From an uncultured delta proteobacterium (lineage in GTDB: Bacteria; Myxococcota_A; Polyangia; Fen-1088): a stretch of DNA of 64,000 bases. Each line of letters starts with the position of its first letter. The stretch's first letter is position 1. Under the pieces are notes generated by a model. That model worked only from the letters and a program-made list of their open reading frames with translations, did no database searches and had not been told where the DNA came from. Below, one piece after another: positions 57,724 to 64,000 of this stretch. The translations under genes were made by a program, and so were the position numbers. The stretch lies in the NCBI GenBank assembly GCA_963767925.1, contig CAVYGB010000002.1:1920001-1984000 (forward strand). Reading direction: 5' to 3'.

Positions 57724-58815
57724 GTGAAGTTGCCGGTGGTGCCGCCTGTTCCTCCCATGCTGGCCAAGCTCGCGCGCGGGTTGCCGGAGGGGGAGGGGTG
57801 GCTGTTCGAGCCGAAGTGGGATGGGTTTCGCACCCTGGTGTTCCGGGACGGGGACGAGGTCTACCTGCAGAGCCGGGACGAGAAGCCGATGAACCGCTAT
57901 TTCCCGGAGCTGCTGGCCCCCCTGGCGGCGCAGCTCCCGGCCCGGGCGGTGCTCGATGGCGAGATCGTCATCGCGGGCGAGGGGGGGCTGCGGTTCGAGT
58001 CGCTGCTCCACCGCATCCACCCGGCCGCCTCGCGGGTGGCCATGCTGGCCGAGCAGACCCCCGCCTCGATCGTGTTCTGGGACCTGCTGGCCCTCGACGA
58101 CGAGGACCTGCGCCCGGCCCCCTTCTCCCGCCGCCGCCACCTGCTCGAGGAGCGCCTCGGCGCGGCCACCCCGCCCTTGCACCTCACGCCCGCCACCCGC
58201 GACCGGGCCCTGGCCCTCGACTGGTTCACCCGCTTCGAAGGGGCGGGGCTCGACGGCGTCATCGCCAAGCCGCTCGATCAGCCCTACAAGCCGGGCGAGC
58301 GGGCCATGTCGAAGGTAAAACACGAGCGCACGGCCGACTGCGTGGTGGCCGGCTTCCGCTGGCACAAGAACGGCCCCGGCACGATGATCGGCTCGCTCCT
58401 GCTCGGCATCCACGACGACAAGGGGACCCTGCACCACGTGGGCATCGCCGCCAGCTTCAGCGTCAAGGTCCGGCACGAGCTTGTCGAGGAGCTGGCCCCC
58501 CTGCGCGAAAACGCCCTCGAGCAGCACCCCTGGCGCCAGTGGCGCTTCGACCCCGAGGAGTCCCCCGGCAAGCGCATGCCCGGCGGCGGCAGCCGCTGGA
58601 ACCGGGGCAAGGATCTGAGCTGGGAGGCGCTGCGCCCCGAGCGGGTCTGCGAGGTGGCCTACGACCACCTGCAGGGCAGCCGCTTCCGCCACGCCACCCA
58701 CTTTCGCCGCTGGCGCCCCGACAAGACCCCCCAGGACTGCCGCTACGACCAGCTCGAGGAGACCCCCCCCTTCGAGCTGAGCAAGATCTTCGCCGAGGCC
58801 AGCAGCACCCGCTGA
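57724..58815 (+). CDS. ligC: ATP-dependent DNA ligase, LigC type
   Basis: PMLAK, EPKWDGFR, LDGEIV, DGVIAK, KVKHERTADCVVAG, EVAYD, WRPDK. Confidence 0.92.
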   Translation: MKLPVVPPVPPMLAKLARGLPEGEGWLFEPKWDGFRTLVFRDGDEVYLQSRDEKPMNRYFPELLAPLAAQLPARAVLDGEIVIAGEGGLRFESLLHRIHPAASRVAMLAEQTPASIVFWDLLALDDEDLRPAPFSRRRHLLEERLGAATPPLHLTPATRDRALALDWFTRFEGAGLDGVIAKPLDQPYKPGERAMSKVKHERTADCVVAGFRWHKNGPGTMIGSLLLGIHDDKGTLHHVGIAASFSVKVRHELVEELAPLRENALEQHPWRQWRFDPEESPGKRMPGGGSRWNRGKDLSWEALRPERVCEVAYDHLQGSRFRHATHFRRWRPDKTPQDCRYDQLEETPPFELSKIFAEASSTR

Positions 58816-58820
58816 CCCAG

Positions 58821-59412
58821 CCGCAGACCCCTCACCCCCCCTCTCCCCGCTGCCGCGGGGCGAGGGCGAACGGGCAGGGGCCAGCAAGAATCTGGGACGA
58901 GTCGGCGACTGAGCGCGGCTCGGAAGATGATCGAGGCACGTGACCAATTGTTCGCCCTCGCCCCGCAGCAGCGGGGAGAGGGTGGGGTGAGGGTGGGCGA
59001 GGGCGAACGGGCAGGGGCCAGCAAGAATCTGGGACGAGTCGGCGACTGAGCGCGGCTCGGAAGATGATCGAGGCACGTGACCAATTGTTCGCCCTCGCCC
59101 CGCAGCAGCGGGGAGAGGGTGGGGTGAGGGTGGGCGAGGGCGAACGGGCAGGGGCCAGCAAGAATCTGGGACGAGTCGGCGACTGAGCGCGGCTCGGAAG
59201 ATGATCGAGGCACGTGACCAATTGTTCGCCCTCGCCCCGCAGCAGCGGGGAGAGGGTGGGGTGAGGGTGGGCGAGGGCGAACGGGCAGGGGCCAGCAAGA
59301 ATCTGGGACGAGTCGGCGACTGAGCGCGGCTCGGAAGATGATCGAGGCACGTGACCAATTGTTCGCCCTCGCCCCGCAGCAGCGGGGAGAGGGTGGGGTG
59401 AGGGGTCTGCGG
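58821..59412. repeat. Array of four 137-bp tandem units containing REP-like palindromes, bounded by long inverted repeats
   Basis: AGAATCTGGG recurs at 58887, 59024, 59161, 59298; ends CCGCAGACCCCTCACCCC... and ...GGGGTGAGGGGTCTGCGG are complementary. Confidence 0.9.
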
Positions 59413-59462
59413 TGTGACGGTGGGGACGGCGGGAAAACCCGGCTGTCGCTCCGCGGGTGACG

Positions 59463-61130
59463 TCAGACGCGGGCGGCGACCGGCACCACCACGTCGAAGA
59501 CGGTGCCGTTGCCCTCGCGTTGCACGACCAGGTGCCCGCCGCTGCGGTTGAGCAGGCGGTAGGCCAGGGCCAGGGCGATGTTGAGCCGCATGGTGCGCGA
59601 GCGGGTGTATTGCACCTCGATGCGGGGGTCGAACAGGCGGCGCATCTCCTCCTCGGTGAGCTTGAGGCCCTCGTCGGCGATGCGCAGGTGGGTGACCGTG
59701 TTGTCGGAGCGGGCGCTGATCCGGAGCAGGCTCCGTCCGTTGCCCGGGCTCCGCTCGGGGCGGCGCAGGAAGGCCAGCACGTTGAGCACGGCGGTGCGCA
59801 GGTCCTCGCTCGAGACCGCCACCATCAGCACCCCCGGCAGGTTGCAGCTGATGTTGGTGTCCTCGGGGTACACGGCCGCCAGGCAGTCCTTGACCACCCG
59901 GCTGACGTCGGCCTGCCCGCGGATTGGCTGTGGCTCGACGGTGCCCAGGCGGGTGAAGCCCGCCACCAGGTCGGCGATGCGGCGAAAGGCCTCCACCACG
60001 TCCTCCACCACCTCGGCGATGTCCCGCACCGCCAGGTCGTAGCTGTCGCCCTCGCCGAGCAGGCGCGCGGAGACCTCCCTGGCCTGGCGGTCGGGCAGCT
60101 CGCGCAGGTAGTCCGCCGCCGCCTTCGCCGACTGCCAGAGCTGGCTCACCTGGGCGGCGTAGTCGGTGAGCGAGCGCAGGTTGAGCTGCACGGAGGCCAG
60201 CGGGTTGTTGAGCTCGTGGGCCACCGCGCTGGCCAGCTCCCCGGCCAGCGACAGCTTCTCGGCCTGCACGAGCTGCTCGCGGGTCCGCACCAGCTCCTCC
60301 ACCTTGCGCCCCAGCTCCTCGTGCAGGCGGGCGTTGTCGAGGGCCAGGGCGAGCTGGCCCGAGAGGACCGTGCCCCGCTGCAGCTCGCTGCGGGAGAAGG
60401 GGGGGATGGGCAGGGTCCGCAGCAGCACCAGCGCGCCCAGGTGGGCGTCGCGCGCCGAGAGGGGATAGGCCAGGGCCGACCCCACGCCGGGGAAGCAGCG
60501 GGCCTCGTCGCCCGCCACGCGCAGGGGGCCCGTCTCCAGGGCCCGGGCGGCCAGGTTCCGGTAGGTCTCGGGGCTGGCCGAGTTGCCCGAGCGGTGCACC
60601 GTCGCGGTGGGGGCCACCGGGTCGCCCAGCACCAGCCCGGCGTCGTCGGTGTGCAGGACCCGCCGGGCCAGCTCGAGGATCAGCGTCACCAGGTTGTTGG
60701 GGTTCAAGGTGGCCAGCAGCGCCCGGCTGGCCTCGTACAGCGCCACCACCCCCTGCAGGTGGCTCTTCTCCATGGCCCGCCCGATCAGCGCCTTGAGGTC
60801 GTTGAGGTCGTAGGGCTTCTGGATGTAGTCGTAGGCCCCCAGCTTCAGGCTCGCCACGGCGGTCTCCACCGTGGCGTAGCCGGTGGCCACGATGACCTCG
60901 ATGTCGGGATCGATCTTGCGGAGCGCGTCCAGGGTGGCCACCCCGTCCATGCCCGGCATCTTGAGGTCGGTGATGGCCAGGTCGAACTTGCGCTCGCGCA
61001 GGCGCTCGACGGCGGCCATCCCGTTCTCCGCCGCCTCCACCTCGAACCCCTCCTGGGACAGCTCGTAGGCCAGCATCTCCCGCAGCCCGGGCTCGTCGTC
61101 GACGATGAGAACGCTGCCCCGAGTCTTCAT
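59463..61130 (-). CDS. Hybrid REC-GAF-HisKA protein with degenerate HATPase domain
   Basis: IVDDE, DLKMP, QKP; GAF-like LALALDNARL; AHELNNPL; N, G1 and G2 boxes eroded. Confidence 0.85.
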   Translation of the reverse strand: MKTRGSVLIVDDEPGLREMLAYELSQEGFEVEAAENGMAAVERLRERKFDLAITDLKMPGMDGVATLDALRKIDPDIEVIVATGYATVETAVASLKLGAYDYIQKPYDLNDLKALIGRAMEKSHLQGVVALYEASRALLATLNPNNLVTLILELARRVLHTDDAGLVLGDPVAPTATVHRSGNSASPETYRNLAARALETGPLRVAGDEARCFPGVGSALAYPLSARDAHLGALVLLRTLPIPPFSRSELQRGTVLSGQLALALDNARLHEELGRKVEELVRTREQLVQAEKLSLAGELASAVAHELNNPLASVQLNLRSLTDYAAQVSQLWQSAKAAADYLRELPDRQAREVSARLLGEGDSYDLAVRDIAEVVEDVVEAFRRIADLVAGFTRLGTVEPQPIRGQADVSRVVKDCLAAVYPEDTNISCNLPGVLMVAVSSEDLRTAVLNVLAFLRRPERSPGNGRSLLRISARSDNTVTHLRIADEGLKLTEEEMRRLFDPRIEVQYTRSRTMRLNIALALAYRLLNRSGGHLVVQREGNGTVFDVVVPVAARV

Positions 61131-61507
61131 GTGCTCTCCCCCGCCCTCGCCCCTTCCAGCGCCGCGATCAGCTCGTCGAGGCCGATCGGCTTGTGCAGGC
61201 AGCAGATCCCCTGGCCGATCACCCGCTGCTCGAACACCCCCTCGAAGTCCGAGTTGCTGGTGACAACCACGATCGCCTGACCGGGCCGCAGCTTGCGAAT
61301 CTCGTCGAACGCCTCCGGGCCCCCCATGCGGGGCATGTGCACGTCCAGCACCACCACGTCGAAGGCCCGCCCCCGGATCGCTGCCACCGCCTGCAGCCCG
61401 TCGGGCACCGTGACGACCTCGTAGCCCAGCGGCTCGAGGGCAAAGTGGCACAGGTCGCGCAACCCCGCCTCGTCGTCGGCCACCAGGACGCTCCGCCCGT
61501 TGCCCAT
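61127..61507 (-). CDS. Single-domain response regulator
   Basis: VADDE, LDVHMP, VVTS, HKP. Confidence 0.9.
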   Translation of the reverse strand: MGNGRSVLVADDEAGLRDLCHFALEPLGYEVVTVPDGLQAVAAIRGRAFDVVVLDVHMPRMGGPEAFDEIRKLRPGQAIVVVTSNSDFEGVFEQRVIGQGICCLHKPIGLDELIAALEGARAGEST

Positions 61508-63003
61508 CAGGCGCGCTCCGCCGGCAGCACCACCGACATGGTGGTCCCCTTGCCGGCCTCGCTCTCGACCCGCATGCTGCCCCCGTGCTGCTGCACGATC
61601 TCGTGCACCAGGCTCAGCCCCAGGCCGGTGCCCTTGCCGGGATCTTTCGTGGTGAAGAAGGGGTCGAAGATGCGATCCAGGATCTCCTGGGGGATCCCGC
61701 TGCCGGTGTCGATCACCTCCAGCGAGGCGGAGGCCCCGCTGGTCCGCGTGCGCAGGGTGAGGACCCCCCCGCCGGTCATGGCGTCGAGGGCGTTGGTCCC
61801 CAGGTTGACGATGATCTGCTGGAGCTGCGACTGGTTGGCGACGACGATGGGGGCGCTCGGCGCCAGATCGTGTCGCACCTGGACCGACTGGGTCTTGGCC
61901 CGCGACTCCAGCAGGACCGAGGAGTCCTTCACCAGCGTGTTCAGATGCACCGGCTCGAGCGTCTTCCTGGCCGCCCGGGCGAAGGTGAGCAGCTCCTTGA
62001 CCAGCGCCTTGCAGCGGAGGGCCTCTCGCACGATGGAGCCCACCGGCAGCCGCATGGGGTCCCCCTCCTTCACCCGCTGCTCCATGCCCTGGGCGAAGCC
62101 CAGGATGACGCCCAGGGGGTTGTTGATCTCGTGGGCCACGCCGCTGGCGAGCTGACCGATGGCGGTCATCTTGGAGGTCTGGCTGTGGGCCTCGGCGCGG
62201 GCGGCCCGCTCGGTGGCCGCCACCTCCCGGCGCAGGATGTCCTGCAGGTTCCCCGCCATGCGGTTGAAGGCCACCGCCAGGGCGGCGAACTCGGCGTCCC
62301 CCTGCTCGGGGATGCGGGCGGCGAGGTTCCCCTCGGCCAGCCGGGCGCAGCCGGCCAGCAGGTCGGACAGGCTGCGGCGAAAGCGGGAGAACACCAGGAA
62401 GACCCCCACCGCCACCAGCACGAAGACGAGCACGGCCGAGGTCCGGGCCACCGTGGCCACCCGGGCGTGCAAGGTCGAGGCGGCGTGCAGGATGCGGTTT
62501 CGCTCGGCCCGCTCGCTCTGGACCCAGCCGTCGAGCGTGCGTTGCAGCTCGGCGATCGGCAGGGACGGCGGCGCCTCGCGCGCGGCCCCCCGGAAGGCGC
62601 GGATCTGGGACACCAGCCGCTCGACCCGGACCAGGCGGCTGATCTCCGCCCGCCGGAGGTCATCCATCCCCTCGTGGTCATCCGGGTCGGCCCCGCCCTC
62701 TCGCTCGACGAAGCGGCTCTCGATCACCGTCGTCTTGCGCAGCGAGGCCATGGTCTCGGTCAGGGTGGCCCCTGCCCAGAGGCGCTCCTTCTCGCCGCTG
62801 CCTCCCGCCAGCGACAGGGTGTGCAGGTAGCGATCGAACGCCTCCCGCACCATCAGCACCGCCTCGAGCTGCGCCGTCGCGTGCCCGACACGCAGGTGGG
62901 TGTGCGCGTAGCTCTCCGAGCTGCGGTGGAGCTGCACTCCCAGCAGGATGATGGCCAGCAACACGGTGCCGACCAGCAGGTACACCTTTGTGAGAAAGCG
63001 CAT
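61507..63003 (-). CDS. Membrane sensor histidine kinase with HAMP (NtrB-like)
   Basis: Two TM helices, AHEINNPL, NALDA, DTGSGI, PFFTTK, GTGLGL. Confidence 0.92.
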   Translation of the reverse strand: MRFLTKVYLLVGTVLLAIILLGVQLHRSSESYAHTHLRVGHATAQLEAVLMVREAFDRYLHTLSLAGGSGEKERLWAGATLTETMASLRKTTVIESRFVEREGGADPDDHEGMDDLRRAEISRLVRVERLVSQIRAFRGAAREAPPSLPIAELQRTLDGWVQSERAERNRILHAASTLHARVATVARTSAVLVFVLVAVGVFLVFSRFRRSLSDLLAGCARLAEGNLAARIPEQGDAEFAALAVAFNRMAGNLQDILRREVAATERAARAEAHSQTSKMTAIGQLASGVAHEINNPLGVILGFAQGMEQRVKEGDPMRLPVGSIVREALRCKALVKELLTFARAARKTLEPVHLNTLVKDSSVLLESRAKTQSVQVRHDLAPSAPIVVANQSQLQQIIVNLGTNALDAMTGGGVLTLRTRTSGASASLEVIDTGSGIPQEILDRIFDPFFTTKDPGKGTGLGLSLVHEIVQQHGGSMRVESEAGKGTTMSVVLPAERA

Positions 63004-63290
63004 CAGGCTCCCTCCGTCCTCCGCGCTCGCGCGGGCGACCGCGGGACGGACCGCTGGCGAGTGGCCCCGTCGTCGAGGGCCCTCGCGCCGGCCACCGGGT
63101 GCGCGCGAGGGTCATCCGCGGGCGCGGACCCGGCCGGGGAGAGCGGGGGCCCCCGCCCGTCCGCCCCCGGGGCGAAGGGGAGGGGGTGCCCATGTCGGTG
63201 CGGCATCGCGGCTGTCCTTGGATCCGGCTCCCACGTGGTCACCGGGACATCGGCCGCGTCGCCTCCAAACTGGAGGCTCCGGAGGGGGCG

Positions 63291-64000
63291 TCAGCGGTCG
63301 AGCGCGAAGACGAAGATGGCCTGCCCGGCGGGGATGGCGACGTGCTGGCGGCCGTCGATCTCGAAGGAGAGGGGGTTGGCCCAGATGAGGCCGCCGGTCT
63401 GGAAGCGCCAGAGCGGCTTGCCGGTGCGGGCGTCGAGCGCGAAGAAGTACCCCTCGCGGTTGCCGCTCCAGACCAGCCCACCGCCGGTCGAGAGGACGCC
63501 GCCCGAGGGGGCCGAGTGCAGCGGGAACTGCCAGGCGACCTTGGCGGTCAGCGGATCGATCGCCTTGATGACCCCGTAGTGCTCGGAGCCCTCCACGTCG
63601 CGGGCGGCGCCGCCCTCGAAGCGACCGCCCGGCGTGTAGGGGGCCTCGTGTTTGTAGAAGATCTGCGCGTAGTCCTCGTGGGCCTGGACGTAAAACAGGC
63701 GGGTGGCCGGGTTGTAGGCGGGGCTATACCAGTTGGTGGCGCCGGCCAGCCCGGGGAACACCTTGGTCCCCTCCTCGCTGGGGGCGGTGCCGGGCAGGCG
63801 CAGCGGGCGGCCGCGGGCGTCGAGGCCGCTGGCCCAGCTCTGCCTGGCGAAGGGCGCGCCCAGCAGGAAGGCGCCGGTCTCCCGGTCGAGGAGGTAAAAG
63901 AAGGCGTTGCGGTTGGCCTGGGCGATCAGCTTGCGCGGGCGCCCCCCGAAGGGCGCATCGATCAGCACCGGGACCTGGTTGCTGTCCCAGTCGTGCAGGT
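63291..64000 (-). CDS. PQQ-dependent dehydrogenase (methanol/ethanol family), C-terminal part
   Basis: HDWDS, NRNAFFYLLDRETG, GATNW, LSTGGGLV, LDARTGKPLWRF; runs off the window end. Confidence 0.88.
   Translation of the reverse strand, partial: LHDWDSNQVPVLIDAPFGGRPRKLIAQANRNAFFYLLDRETGAFLLGAPFARQSWASGLDARGRPLRLPGTAPSEEGTKVFPGLAGATNWYSPAYNPATRLFYVQAHEDYAQIFYKHEAPYTPGGRFEGGAARDVEGSEHYGVIKAIDPLTAKVAWQFPLHSAPSGGVLSTGGGLVWSGNREGYFFALDARTGKPLWRFQTGGLIWANPLSFEIDGRQHVAIPAGQAIFVFALDR

Noticed and set aside
58743..59358. ORFs translated from the 137-bp array
   Set aside because: The unit length is not a multiple of three, so the peptides simply cycle through frames of a palindromic repeat
58821..59412. 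Possible CRISPR array
   Set aside because: The sequences between palindromes are identical, the period is 137 bp and no cas genes are present
63003..63242. 79-aa ORF between the PQQ dehydrogenase and the histidine kinase
   Set aside because: Low-complexity Pro/Ala/Arg sequence with no motif; it cannot be supported even though it abuts both neighbours

Overview
Very GC-rich bacterial DNA whose gene content (Ser/Thr kinase-AAA-TPR, FHA regulator, ECF sigma factors, many two-component systems, Tat-exported Mo-hydroxylase) resembles Myxococcota; that assignment is an inference. About 55 genes can be supported. Main modules in order: a putative phosphate/polyphosphate operon (porin, thymidylate-kinase-like protein with a helical-repeat tail, VTC protein, Na/Pi cotransporter); a PaoABC-like molybdoenzyme operon with MocA/XdhC and a small Cys-rich ORF; an arsenic operon (arsR, aquaporin, arsC-GNAT fusion, arsM, SigZ-like sigma); a YcaO-TfuA thioamidation pair flanked by an ECF sigma, an unknown two-repeat protein, a metzincin protease, a kinase and an FHA regulator; two TonB-dependent receptors with five solute-binding proteins and a histidine kinase/response regulator but no ABC transporter; a LytS/LytTR + phosphoglycosyl transferase operon divergent from ferritin-like + UppS genes; a caspase/CHAT-like protein with an FGE-domain neighbour; LigC; a 137-bp x4 REP-like array; and a phosphorelay containing a degenerate kinase. 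Several frameshifts look like single-base losses in homopolymers, which suggests long-read assembly errors. No rRNA, tRNA or CRISPR array was recognised.
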